A stretch of DNA of 62,182 bases, the filler included, from Rhabdomonas costata (taxonomy: Eukaryota), in the NCBI GenBank assembly GCA_019059605.1. It is 29 parts of 29 records of this genome, joined end to end, with 100 filler letters (N's around TTAATTAATTAA, not from the genome) between each part and the next. Parts side by side here need not be neighbours in the genome. Positions count along the whole stretch, not along the records: positions 49,409 to 51,454 come from JAHMHO010006115.1; positions 51,555 to 53,600 come from JAHMHO010006116.1; positions 53,701 to 55,746 come from JAHMHO010006117.1; positions 55,847 to 57,892 come from JAHMHO010006118.1; positions 57,993 to 60,037 come from JAHMHO010006119.1; positions 60,138 to 62,182 come from JAHMHO010006120.1; 23 more parts are not named here. One strand, given 5' to 3'. The notes below the pieces were generated by a model, which was not told the origin of the DNA, did no database searches, and saw only the letters and a list, made by a program, of their open reading frames with translations. This document shows, piece after piece, positions 49,409-61,461 of the stretch. Within the stretch, counting starts at the first letter, position 1; each line of letters begins with the position of its first letter. The position numbers and the translations under genes were made by a program.

Positions 49409-51454
49409 GTGGGGTGGGGCTCAGCCATTGTTTTCATGTTCCGACTCACCAGCACCAGGTTATTGAATTGAGTCTGGACATGGTCCAGGACCTGGAAGGT
49501 GTTCGCTAGGTATTGCCAGAGTGCCGGTGGGACGTGATGCCACTCTTCAGCCAGGTCTCGTCCTAGAAGTCCGCGAAGTCGGGCTGCCAGCTCGTTGAGG
49601 AGGTCGGTTAGAGCATTGATTTCCAGGTGCACCTGTGCCGCCTTGTAGAAAGTGTGAGTCCATTGAGACATGTTATACCGAAACTCCTCAAAACCTCTGT
49701 GTTGGAAAGCAGATGGTTGTTCAAAATTTTGTCCATGGCTGCTTGTTATTTGACGAGTTAGTAGTCGTACCAGCGCTTTACCTCCTCAATGGTGTAAGTT
49801 CGGATGTTTGCGGTGGATTGTGGTGGATGTTTGGATGGGATAGTGGCTCTGATTAACCACGATTCGTCTGTAGATGGTGAAGGAATTGGAGCAGCTGACT
49901 GAAGCCCTGGTTGGGGATCGTTTGAGCTTGAAACTAGCTGGTGTGACGTTCTCCTTTCTGCCTGGAGTAAGCTGCACCTTCAAGAGCTGTAGAGTCTCTG
50001 GTGAAGCTCTGGTGCCTTCGATAATGGAAAACCGTGTAGACCACTTCTGTTTTAGCATCATTCTACCGTTGTAGTCAACGTAGCATGGTTAGTCCCACAC
50101 AGAAGATTTTTCTCGGGTTTTATGGCATCGTGGTACCAATAGCATGATACTACATGGCTTGGCGCATACCCGGCAAAGAACTCCAGGGAAAAGGGACCAT
50201 GTGTGGTTTGAATACACATTATCTCCAGTCCATTGGTAGTTGAACGCATCGAAGCCGCTGATATCATCTCGTGTGCGCGCACTGATGAAAAGCCGCAGTT
50301 TGGCTGTGCAGGGATATGCAAAAAAGTAGATCGTGGGTCGATAGTCCAGTACAATGCAAGCGATCCGAAACCCCCAGTCGTCCAATGTGACGTTCTCGTT
50401 GGCGTCAAAGTGTAAAGAAGGCTCAATACGAAAACTGTGTAACCATTACTTGCGCTGATGTTACCGGTGTACTGCTCGGTACCTGGCGTCTGCTTGACGG
50501 AATTGCGCCGCTCGCTCCTCATTGCTTACGTATTCGAGGCTCTGCGGTTTGGTCCACTTTTTCTTTGCCTTGATGGGTGGCTGCACTATGGTTCCGCTGG
50601 CTGAAGGCGAAGGGCCTTCCTCCTCGTCCGAGATTCACTTGAGGGGAAGTTTGTCCAGGGTCCAACCGGGTCGGTACCAGGGGGTCGGAATGGGTGAGTT
50701 CCCCTCAGGTACAGGTTCGTCGGGCTCGTCGTCGTCGAATGAGTCGGTTTGGATAGTAATTGAGAGTAATTGAGAGTGCGGGGCAAAGGCAAGAGGTTGT
50801 TACGGCTGTCTCGACGTAATATTACGTCTTTTCTTTTCTTTTGAGAGATCCCAAGAGATGATTCCGACTCTTGTTGTCGTTAACGCCTGGGTGGCAATGC
50901 TCGCGTTGACTGCGGGCGCCCATGGCGGTCGTTGGATCGGGGTGTGCCGAGGGTTGGGATCTGCGATTGTGTTTTGCATCGTTGGAGTCTGTAGGTTTGC
51001 TGTTGTTTGGCGAGGGTCAGTAGACTATTCAGAATGCAACTGCGATGTAGAGTCGTTGCGGAAATGGTCCGCATTCATCTCCATGGATGTATCGTCCTCC
51101 GAGTGTGTCCGAGTTGGATGCAGGTGGGTTCAGTGCATTTACCATTCGAAGTCAAATGGTCTGTGTAACACTTGCGGGGGAAGGGGCTCGGTGATCTGGT
51201 CTTCCTTTCCCGCCACTACGTTGAAAGTGTCGTCTGATCTTTGGTGTGAGGACGTGGTGAGCATGGCCTGCTGTTGATGTTGATTTTGCACCGGCAAGAA
51301 GTGGGGTGGGGAATGGGGCGCCGCGGGATGCGCTCACTCACAGAGTGGCGGGGTCCGACTTCATCGACTCGACATCGGGGTCGACTGCTTCGACTTGTTG
51401 GCTTGGCTCAGCGTAGTTGGGGTCCCGTGGTTGATTTCGTCGACCCACACCCCC
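49409..51454 (-). pseudogene. Decayed intronless long ORF (possible transposon or viral relic)
   Basis: Track ORFs ending at 50385, 50061 and 49671 share one frame. That frame runs across the contig with only about ten scattered stops and no obvious frameshift or intron. Confidence 0.5.
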
Positions 51455-51620
51455 NNNNNNNNNNNNNNNNNNNNNNNNNNNNNNNNNNNNNNNNNNNNTT
51501 AATTAATTAANNNNNNNNNNNNNNNNNNNNNNNNNNNNNNNNNNNNNNNNNNNNGAACGCCGGTGTTTTGTTGTTTTTAAAAAACGATATCAAACTAAAT
51601 TTTTCCTGTTTCTCTCGCAG

Positions 51621-51688
51621 CGTACATTGGAATGTGTGTCATCACAATTCTGCTGCTGCTCCTTTGGTACTACCGGGGCTCGCGGTGA
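51621..51688 (+). CDS. Terminal exon of a tail-anchored membrane protein (SNARE-like tail)
   Basis: Strong acceptor TTTCTCTCGCAG, then YIGMCVITILLLLLWYYRGSR-TGA. Confidence 0.55.
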
Positions 51689-54134
51689 ACGCAGCAGCTG
51701 CGCCACAGCACATTCGTTCACCCACGGTCTCCAAGCTCTCGGTTACCTGAGGTGGTTCATTACATGGCCGTGGCTCCAGACTTTCTGTTGCAACTTCTTT
51801 TTGTTGCTGTGCACTGTTGTAGATAACTTTGGCAATTTTACCACATTGCGCACAAAAGGATGTGTGCGTGGGGGCTAACGCTGGAGTTGCCCAATTGTCT
51901 CTTCAGTTGGCTGAAAGAGACAGAGCAATCTTGGCTCCGCGCGACTTCGTTGCACAGAAGAGGCAGAACAGGCGAATTATGCCGCATCAACCACCGCGTC
52001 AAACTTGCACTAAAACCAAAAACCACCAATCGTAACATGCGCAAAAAAAAAATCAAAACGAACAGGTCGACCCGAGGGATCTTCCGCCCGGGTGTGTCAC
52101 CGTACAAGCAGTGGCATGGTCAACCCGTTGCGCTTACGTGACCGCTTTAAAAACGCGGTGTATTACCGCGGTATTAAGTGAAAATCATTCTGCTTATTAC
52201 TAGTTGTCTGTTGATTTTACCTGATCTGTTTGTTCCACTTTGCCTATTTTTCTCCGCACCATTCCTCGGACAGATTGTGGTGGGGCTGACCCGGAAGACG
52301 GATGAACACACAAAACTACCAAATCATGTTTGATAAAATAAACACACAAACATACAAACAATACTTTTCAATGCTCTTCATATTTCCTTTTTTCTTCTTC
52401 CTTTTCCTTCGGCCTTTTAAAGACAAATAAGCAAAGCACCGGGGGTTTGACCCCCAAATCCGCGCCAAGATTGGAAAAATTGGCGGTCCTGGTTTCCGGG
52501 TGCGCAGCAGCAATGGGCGTCGTGATATGTCTACCGATGCAAGCCCAAGAACAAGAGGACATTGCAAAGCAAGTCCATGTGTGACGACAGTCCCACAACA
52601 AGAGCAGTGAACATGAACATGAACAAAGTGAGCGTGAATTTGAACCGAAAACAATTGTAGGAACATGAAAACTAACAGCAGCATGGCGACTTTGAGAATG
52701 AATGTGATAAAGTTATTGACAGAAGGATGCAAATCGGAGGAACGTACCAGGTGGTGGGAAGCGACGACTTCATGAATCCATTCTTCTGAGTTCCGTTTTA
52801 GGAGTTTTAGGAGTTCTGTTTTAGGCGTCATCAGCGTTACAACCCACTGTGTTACAAGTAGCGGTAGGAATGCCAACATCTAACATCAGTCCGTAATGGT
52901 GACTGTCAAAGGGTTACGCATCAGGGTAAATGAACACCAGCAGAAGTGCCCACCACTGTCATCACCACATGGTAACATCCCCACTTTCCAACTCTATGGT
53001 TAGGTGAGATGCCACCTTGACACAGAGCAATACATGACAACACATTGTCGTGACGGCATTGAGGTGAGGATGGCACCAAAGAAGAAGAACGTTGACGTTT
53101 GGTGTGTAGGGCTCGGCGCCTTCAACTTCGCGTAACTCACTCATTGGATTCAGCGCATCACCAAGTCAAGCCTTTCACGAGCTGGGATGTTGCACTGAGT
53201 ACGATGTTGGGACCTTGCGGTGTTGCCAACATCTCCACGACCACTTGATGATTACCAACAACGCCACTTCAATGGAAGTATCACACAGGGTAAGACAGCT
53301 GATGCCCTACCATTCGATGCATAACCACCCTCAAAGGAGGTACCATTCCAATGACCACAACCGTGTAATAACAGCATCACCTACCTTACACACAGACTAA
53401 CCCACCTTCTACACGTGGTGCTGATACGTAAGGCACGCCAATGCCACTACCACCACGTGAAATTGAGGTTGGGTACGAGATGACACACACAGGTTACCAC
53501 GCTGTAAATCGGCAGCATGGTAACCATGCCCCTACGTTCCTTCTATATGATGCACGCTATGGTGTTGTGTCTCTGGGTTAATGGGGTTACACCACCGTAG
53601 NNNNNNNNNNNNNNNNNNNNNNNNNNNNNNNNNNNNNNNNNNNNTTAATTAATTAANNNNNNNNNNNNNNNNNNNNNNNNNNNNNNNNNNNNNNNNNNNN
53701 TTTGTGTGGTTTGGGTATGGCTTGGGTAGCATATGCTGTCTCTTCATGAATACGAATAATTGGTGTAAACTCTCGATTTACGCTGTAGCCGGCTATAATT
53801 TGGAAGTCGGCGAAACAGTAAGTTTCCTTCTGAAACTTCTGCTTTCTCAGAGAACAGGGAAGCACTTTCCTCGGCGATGGTTGCGCACAAGGGCAACGTT
53901 CAAAAAACAGTACAGCAACAAGCGAAACCGTAATTGTTGCCATGGCTGTGCTTCTGTGCTGTTTGTGCCCTGTGGGATTGTTTGGAATGTTTTGCGGCGA
54001 CGCAGAGTTTTGACTGCTTTGGAGGCTAAGCGTTCTCTTCTTAACAGTGTGCGGTGTGTACTCCTGACAGTGCAACTTCAATACCCCCCTTGCACGTATT
54101 GCCCTCGATGCCGTATGTTCTCTGTTCTCTGAAG

Positions 54135-55173
54135 GGTTCTCAGCCTGCAGTGCAACCGGCTGACTACCATAGAAAACCTCTCCGCCCTGACCTCCTTGAC
54201 GGAGCTCTATCTCAGCGAAAACGGCATCGCGGAAATGACCGACCTGAACCCATTGGTGAACCTTCGGCTGCTGGACCTCTCCTCCAACCGCATTGAGGTG
54301 ATCCGCACAGAGACCATTCAGGCGCTGCGAGGGCTGCAGGAGTTCTGGTGCATGCGTATCCTTCCCACACCCTTCGATTATCTTGATCCTTCCTTCCCAC
54401 GTCTCCTTAAAGAATGGTCGCTCTGGCTAGTGGTCGCCTTCGATCGCCGGCTTTAATGTCGTCCGGCTTCCCACCACCACCACCTCGCCCAATAAAATCG
54501 TTGTCCATTGGTGTATTGCGGAAAGGCGTTCGTCTACTTCTCATCATTTATGCCTGGTACCGTTGGGGTACGTGAGGGCCGGAGACCGGAGAGGGGGGGG
54601 GTCAGAAAAGGTGGTTTGAATTGGTCTGCAGCTTGCGGTAGCTCTTGCGGTAGCCTTTACCGTTTCGTTATGTTTGGGTGAATCGCCCGCTCCCAGTGAA
54701 GGCGCTTTCACATGCCTTCCCGCAAAAGATTCCTGATGCTAATTCAACTACGCCGCATCAGACGTCAGCATGCTTCACACGCATCTGTCATCCCACGCCC
54801 TCACCCCTCCCACCTTTCCTCCCTTTTACAGTTGGAAGCCTCCTTGTGCTGCTTTGTTGTTCAGTAAGGTAACGGGTGTATCCACAAGTTAAACAGCTTC
54901 CACGGACGAGCTAACTGTGGCAACACCATCTCACCTAAGCCTTAGGTTCCGTACCTTAAACCCACGGCTCCCTTGCCTTTCAGGTTCAACGACAACAAGG
55001 TCCGCAGCTGGGGTGAGGTGACCAAGCTGGCGGCCTTCCCTGAGCTCCGGGTGGTGTATCTGCGGCACAACCCGATCTTCGAGGACCCCAGATACCGCCC
55101 CAAGGTCATTGACATGATTCCCCGCCTGGAGGAGCTGGACTCTGTCCCCGTGGTTCGCACCGCACCGGCGTAG
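54135..55173 (+). CDS. PPP1R7: Protein phosphatase 1 regulatory subunit 7 (Sds22) C-terminal part; exons 54135-54347 and 54984-55173
   Basis: SDS22-type LRRs (VLSLQCNRLTTIENL, LTELYLSENGI, LRLLDLSSNRI, LQEFW|FNDNKV) followed by an LRR cap (VYLRHNPIFEDPRYRPKVIDMIPRLEELD). Confidence 0.88.
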
Positions 55174-55610
55174 CTGCGGAACATCGCAGAACCCAAGAGC
55201 CTTCCCTTATTGATTGGATTGTACCAGTAGACGCGCTGTTGCGTGCTTTTCAACGGTGTAGTGGGTGTCTTGGGAAATGAGTTAAGCTAGGAATTCTCCT
55301 TTAACTGAAGCGTGAAGCATGAATGTCGATTCCCTGCGATAGAAAGACTGCCATCTCTTCGCGAGCTCTTCGTTCTTTCTGGGATCAAGCGGGAATCGTC
55401 AGTTGCGTTGTGAACTCTCATCCGGATGATCTGAAATTCTGAAGCTCTGGTTCGCCAATTGCTACTTGCGGCCTGGCGGCTGTGCTGTGCGATCGACGGC
55501 TTTCGGCATCCCGCGCCTCACCAAGAACTTCGCCCTCTCTCTCTTTTTTCTTTCGTTCGTTGCCCAACATCGCACCCCACCCTTTTTTCCCCCACGCCGA
55601 TTTTCGAAGA

Positions 55611-55746
55611 ATGCACAAAAGGCTCCCTCTCTTCCCGAGCCTAGTACTCCTTGTTATCTCTCTTGCTGTGCTGGTGAGCCCCTCTGAGGGCGGGGCGACG
55701 GTGTACACCCAGCCCGTCACCCTACCTCGCACCCGCACGCTGGGCC
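55611..55746 (+). CDS. Start of a secreted or membrane protein (signal peptide)
   Basis: MHKRLPLFPSLVLLVISLAVLVSPSEG after a pyrimidine-rich leader; truncated by the contig end. Confidence 0.5.
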
Positions 55747-57134
55747 NNNNNNNNNNNNNNNNNNNNNNNNNNNNNNNNNNNNNNNNNNNNTTAATTAATT
55801 AANNNNNNNNNNNNNNNNNNNNNNNNNNNNNNNNNNNNNNNNNNNNGTTGGGGTGGGGTAAAGATTTGTGTTAGGAAGGATGGGGGGACGAGTCGGTTTG
55901 TACCGAGAAAGAAAGGGTGGCCATTGGTTTGTTTGGTCTTGTCGCGTTTTAGGGACTTCGCTGCGGTGTCCTCAGTTATTGAGGGGTTGAGTAACTGAAT
56001 GGTGTTCCCTCCTTTTTGCAGGAGCTCTCCCAGCGCTGAGGAGGACGTTGTGGAGAGGACCATCCGGTTTGAGGCCGAGGAGCAGCTTCACCGCGGGGGC
56101 ATCCCTGAAAAGCGCCCTGGCGGCGGCACGTTGGGGTGATCACCCCCCCCCCTCTCTCTTTCACATTCTGTGCCCTATTTTTGTTCCACTGTCGTTTTGA
56201 TTATTGTGTCGCCAGTTGTGGCCATTAGTGGAAAACGTTGTGGGTGTTTGCTATAATTGAGCCATCGCACGGCACGCGGAGGGAGGCTTCCTGACGCGTT
56301 GATGGCTTTACGTAATTTGTTGAATGACCCAGAACCGCAGAAGAGGTGTACTTTAGCGTGAAGCGGTGTACCATCTTTTTCCAGCGATTGTCGCTTGTTA
56401 CTTTTTTTTTGCAGGAAGGACAAGAACAAACCCCCAGAAGCACTGCAGAAGCAGGTTGACGGTGGTTGGGGAAGGGCAGAGAAAGGGCAGGGTGCACGTG
56501 AGCGGTGACTAGTGGTGGACGGAATGTTTCCGCCATTCCAGTTGCTTCTGAACCTTATGGAATACCTTCGGGCCAATCCAGTTGAGGTGCATTTTGGGGG
56601 GTTTGGCTCTGAATTGGTAATGCAGTGAGATAAGTGCGCAGCGGGTCTCTGCACCCAGACCTGAGCAGGGACTCTTTGCGCTGAGACATGTTTCCTGGCG
56701 GAGGCTTCGGTTTTTCTGCCAACCCGGAAGACAATATAAAGAAACTGCACAGTACCAAGGAATGCAAAGTGGCGGAAAAGTGCCGTTCAATACCTGTTCG
56801 AGGTGTTGGGTGGACCCGCCAGACATTGGCACGTGTCAACAGAAGAAAAAATTGTAGTGTGACGAAGAATGGCACAATTGAGTGTTATTGCTGGTTTGCG
56901 CGGTTGAATATATTGTCCGCGTGACCTCAAAAAGTCACAGCTTACGAAAGTGTCCACAAAATCAGGCGTTTTCGGACTTAAAAGCTAAGAGGGATAATGA
57001 AAAAACCGGGTTCCATTCCATTGCGGTCGTGTTTTTCAAGCTGATTTTCATCCACCTACAGTCACCTCTGACTTTTTAAAGTTAAACGTGCCCTACCCTC
57101 AGGAACCATACTTTGAACTTTTTATTTATAAATA

Positions 57135-57166
57135 ATATTGGGACATTTTATAGGGGACACCCGGTA
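57135..57166. mobile_element. Putative Tc1/mariner-like element terminus (…GGACACCCGG|TA)
   Basis: Reverse complement TA-CCGGGTGTCC resembles mariner/Tc-type TIR starts, and a similar ~30-bp sequence lies at 4332-4361. No partner TIR or transposase seen. Confidence 0.35.
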
Positions 57167-57301
57167 TTATCGCATTTCTTGCAATGATCAAAAGCTATCA
57201 GTTTTTGATCAAGGTATTAGGTGGTAGAAAATCGGCGTGATCAGCATCGTAGCTGTGAAACTAAAATTTTTGAAAGGAAAACACCAGTTTTGGCGTTTCA
57301 G

Positions 57302-57570
57302 GTTCAGAACCTTGGGCAGCAGCTGCAGCAGCTGATGCAAGAGAACGAGGCCCTGCGCACGCAGAACCTCACCCTGCGCAAGATGCAGGTCCGCCACGGC
57401 CCTGGTGGCACCACCATCACTACCACCACCACTACCACGGCGACCACCACCACACCCACTGCCCCCCCGCACACCAGGTCGTGGGCCACCCCGAAAATGA
57501 CGGGGGGCTCGGAGTCCTTCTCACAGGTCCCCTCCAGTGCGGCGGCGGCGGCGGCGGCGGCGGCGGAGGG
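57302..57570 (+). CDS. Coiled-coil / low-complexity exon of a hypothetical protein
   Basis: TTTCAG acceptor, then VQNLGQQLQQLMQENEALRTQNLTLRKMQ; 3' boundary uncertain. Confidence 0.5.
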
Positions 57571-58339
57571 TGCGTGCGTATGCCGAAGAATGGGGCCGAC
57601 TTGACTTGTTTTTCGCTTCTCTTTTAACAATTGGTTTGCTGACTACACAGATGAAAAGTGCCTCTTTAATGGCCAACACCTCACCCCTTTAACGGCACTT
57701 TCTTGCCCATCTTCTGTCATTACCTGCTTACTCCAGCACGTTCTCTTCAGCATGGCACCACCATCCTAAAAAGGATGAACTGAGAAAGGGGCACACAAAG
57801 AGCGGGCCAATCAGTGTTTCAAGAGGCGTGTTCGAGAGTCGCAGGTCTACTTCGGCATTGCTCTCTATTATGAGCGCTCATAACAAAAACACNNNNNNNN
57901 NNNNNNNNNNNNNNNNNNNNNNNNNNNNNNNNNNNNTTAATTAATTAANNNNNNNNNNNNNNNNNNNNNNNNNNNNNNNNNNNNNNNNNNNNTGTGTTGG
58001 GTGTGGTTGTGTCCGTGCGTGTGTCTGTGAGCCTTCAGCAGTGAGTTTTCTTTGCTGCACACCAGACGTCTTTTTTCCTTGCCGTGCAGCTGAGCTTCAC
58101 ATTTTGTTCTTTTTTCTTGGGCATAGGCACGTTTGCTGTTCGTGTTTGTATATGTTTGTGCGTTGGAAAGGCGACAAAGGAAATGCACACGCACACGTGA
58201 CGTTGAATGATGAATGTTGAGCACATTTGCATACCTTTGCTCTTGTGCATGATTCCACTTTTTGTACCTCTTCAGACGCTTCTCCCTGCCCTTGTCGTTT
58301 CCCCCATCACTGTCACCGCGCTTTTTGTACAACTGCTGT

Positions 58340-59720
58340 GTGCTTGGGTTGGGGGCTATTTGGGTGATGGGTCAAGTGCCCCCTCGCCCCCGTCGTGTGT
58401 CCGCATCGAAGTCCCAGCTGAATGCTCACAGCCTGCGGACATCTTGCGCGCGACTCTGTCCTCTCCGCCTTTTTCCCGTCTGCTTGTCAGCCTGTCTGGT
58501 TTGCTTTGGCCAGGGGACGTGACCTTTGCCGAGGCCTTTGAGCGCACGGGTCGAGCTCTGAACGTGTTGTGCGCGATGCCCTCCGTGGGGTGGGTGCTGC
58601 TGAACCCCACCACGGCGCCTGAGGTGCTGGTGTGGAGTGCCGTCGGGGCCAGCTGTGGCACCCGCATGGCCACCTCCAGCGGTCCGTATAAATTTACCAG
58701 GAGGAAGGACCATTTCGAGACATGTTTCTTTTTGGTTGCTTTCACACCACCTAAGAAAAAGCAGAGCAGCAACAAAGCATAGTCAGGGGTACGAAACCTG
58801 CCGATTGAAAACGCAGGAATGTCGCATTGAAAGAAAAGGTAGTTCGGGAAGCTGCTTTGCTCAGTCCTCGAAAGTTCCGACACCGTGCTTACAGCACCCC
58901 TGTCTGGGGAAAAGGGAAGTTAACGGCGACCGACAATGCAGCAAGCAAAACTTCGTGCTGATTGCTGAAGGTTGTTGCATTAGGTTCAAGAGAGATTCGG
59001 GGGAGAGAGATGGCGATGGGTGGGGAATTGTTCATCTGTGAGATGAATTGTTGTTGTGGGACACTGGGAAGACGTGATTTGTTATTTTGGGACACCGAGA
59101 AGGCGGTTCGTCGCTTTTGAGACGCACTCAAAGGCGAATAATTCTGCGTCATCTGCCGGTGTGGAGCAAGTGCGACAGCTCTGCCCTCCACCTTCAAAGG
59201 AATCCGCCTACCAAGCTCGGTTTTACTGTGGTAGCAATTCTTGTCCATCACCCCTTTCTCTTGCCTACCCAGGGAAAGGCCCCCAACCCGCAAAATAGGC
59301 ACCTTTGGAGGTCCTTCGAACCTCATCTCTTGTCACCGTGGGATAGTTTTCTTTGTGAAGATTACCCTTGCTTTCTCCACAGCAAAACCAATGGGAAACC
59401 GGACTTTCGCAAAGCCGGAAAATGATTGCACTCAGTAACGTTTTTGCGGTGGGACGAAGAAACAGTAACCGGTGATGCACATCGGTTCTTTGGTTCTTGT
59501 GCTGTTTTCCCTGCAGATGTCTCCAAGCTGTACGTCAAGTCCAAGTCTCCACCCTCCTCGGGGGCTTCCGGGGGGACCTCCTCCCGGCGCTCTTGCGAGG
59601 AGACCGACCCTCACACACTGGCTGGCGCGTGCTTCAAGACAGAGGCCGCGGCGTTCCGGGAGGTCGTGAAGACTTTCCACCTCAGCGCGCTGGTAGTCTC
59701 CGACGCCTCGGTCACCAAGG
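58340..59720 (+). CDS. Hypothetical protein, two probable exons (~58340-58681, 59517-~59720)
   Basis: GC-rich coding-like frames with G|GT donor and CCTGCAG acceptor; family not recognised. Confidence 0.45.
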
Positions 59721-60139
59721 GAGTGTTCCGAGGGGTCACCTCACCTTCGGGACGGAACGGCGCTGGTCGCTCCACCCTGGCGGTATCTCCACATTCAAGG
59801 ACCACTTTAGCTGACTTTTGCTTTGGCTATTTTCTACCAACAACTGAAAGAGAGGTCATCAAACTGCCTTCGGAGGCAAGAAACGCTTCCTCTACCAAAG
59901 CTCGGTGCACGTCGAATGGACAACTACTTATGTAGCATCTGTGGGGGGGGCGGGTTCCCCGTTACTGTGGAACAGAATTGAAATGACCCACATTGCAACA
60001 CATTGAGTGAAGATCGCCGGGGAGAAGACGGCGAATGNNNNNNNNNNNNNNNNNNNNNNNNNNNNNNNNNNNNNNNNNNNNTTAATTAATTAANNNNNNN
60101 NNNNNNNNNNNNNNNNNNNNNNNNNNNNNNNNNNNNNGG

Positions 60140-60224
60140 TGTTTGGGAAAACGGTCACAACTTTTCTGCAAATCCCGCCCTCGGTACTGGATTTGCAGAA
60201 AAGTTGTGACCGTTTTCCCAAACA
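60140..60224. repeat. Fold-back inverted repeat (36-bp arms, 13-nt loop) at contig start
   Basis: TGTTTGGGAAAACGG...GCAAATCC followed by its exact reverse complement. Confidence 0.9.
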
Positions 60225-60539
60225 GAACTTCAAAAAATCAGAAATGAAAAATTCACTTCACTTCGAGATAAATAACGTTGCCTTCTGTATAGCTTGATGT
60301 TAGAATACTCCTTCTTTGGGAAAGTGATCAGTAAGGAGACGAGGTTGATGTTGGAGTTTCGCTGCGACCCTTCTAGAACCTAAATCCTACAGGGACACCT
60401 GCATAAACCCGTGATCCCTCCCCCGCGTTGGGCAAGCTTGAATTTTTTGCCGGGTGAGAGGGAAACCTCGTTTGCTTTCAACCCTTCCCTCGATTTCCTG
60501 TGCACGGAAAAGAGAAAGAAGGGAAGGAAAACAGAATCG

Positions 60540-61461
60540 CTTTCGATTCCTCCGGAGGATGTTCTGGAGCTGCGGCAGGGCCAGCAGGCGGCCCAGGGAG
60601 ACGTCGGCGTGGACAACATTGTAATCCAGGGGCCACCCCGTGTGGTCGGAGATCCGAAAGTTCATGGCCAGCGTGGACATTGCGACGGTGGGGTTGTCTG
60701 GCTTCGTTACAAGCTCGATGAAGGCACTGGAGATGATCTGTCCCCACCACCACACACATCAAGTGTACAGCAAGGCAATCCAAGGGAAATGAGACTCAGG
60801 GAACAGAATTAGGCCAGAGGTCCATTCTCCCTTCCTTTTCTCCCTCTCTGCTCAAACGCAAGACTTCTGGGGTGGCATCCAACTTTTTCACAGCTTCGCT
60901 TGGTCCTTTGGGCTCACTTGGACAATAAAATAGCATGCCGAAAAAGAAAATAACAACGGAAGGTTGAGCATCCATTGCGCCCTCAGGGGTGGGGCGACTG
61001 TGTGGAGGTGAAGAAAAAGAAAAAGAGTGATCCCCTCCACGCACGGCATAGGCGTTGAACCAACTCTTCTCCATTGCGTTCACCCTAACGAAGTCAGCCG
61101 TCTGCAGCCGGTACATCGTCGTGCACAGCGCACCCACAAAGAAGGCCTTTTTGGAGGAAAGCGAGGGCGAGCGCTAGAAAACCCATGCACACAAACAAGA
61201 ACGACAGCATTTGAGGAAACTAATGAACGAAAACTCAGTGAGCGGTCCATGAGCACAACTGCATCTCTACAAAGATCTCACTGTCCAGCACGCCAGGACT
61301 CGGGAAAAAACAAAATCCTTCACCCCAAGTACACACTAGTGAGGGCAATGAAACTGACACCGACGGACTGCGGTGGCGAAGAGGTTTCCCCAAGGGGCCT
61401 GACCTTACCTGCCAAACCTCGGGCAAAAGCCCCTGCGCATTTCGTCGCTGCAAAGCCTCGC
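60540..61461 (-). CDS. Second Cache-like receptor fragment; exons ~61461-61409, 61101-61045, 60737-~60540
   Basis: In-frame splice gives ...EKSWFNAYA|IISSAFIEL...AMSTLAMNF...YNVVHADVSLGRLL, with W...Y and V..AD.SL..L patterns that resemble dCache_1. Confidence 0.45.

Noticed and set aside
49409..51454. Stop-codon reassignment as the explanation for in-frame TAA/TAG/TGA
   Set aside because: Conserved genes end correctly at TAG (DnaJA, Sds22) and TGA (ALAD, cyclase tail) and have no internal stops. All three stop types interrupt this frame.
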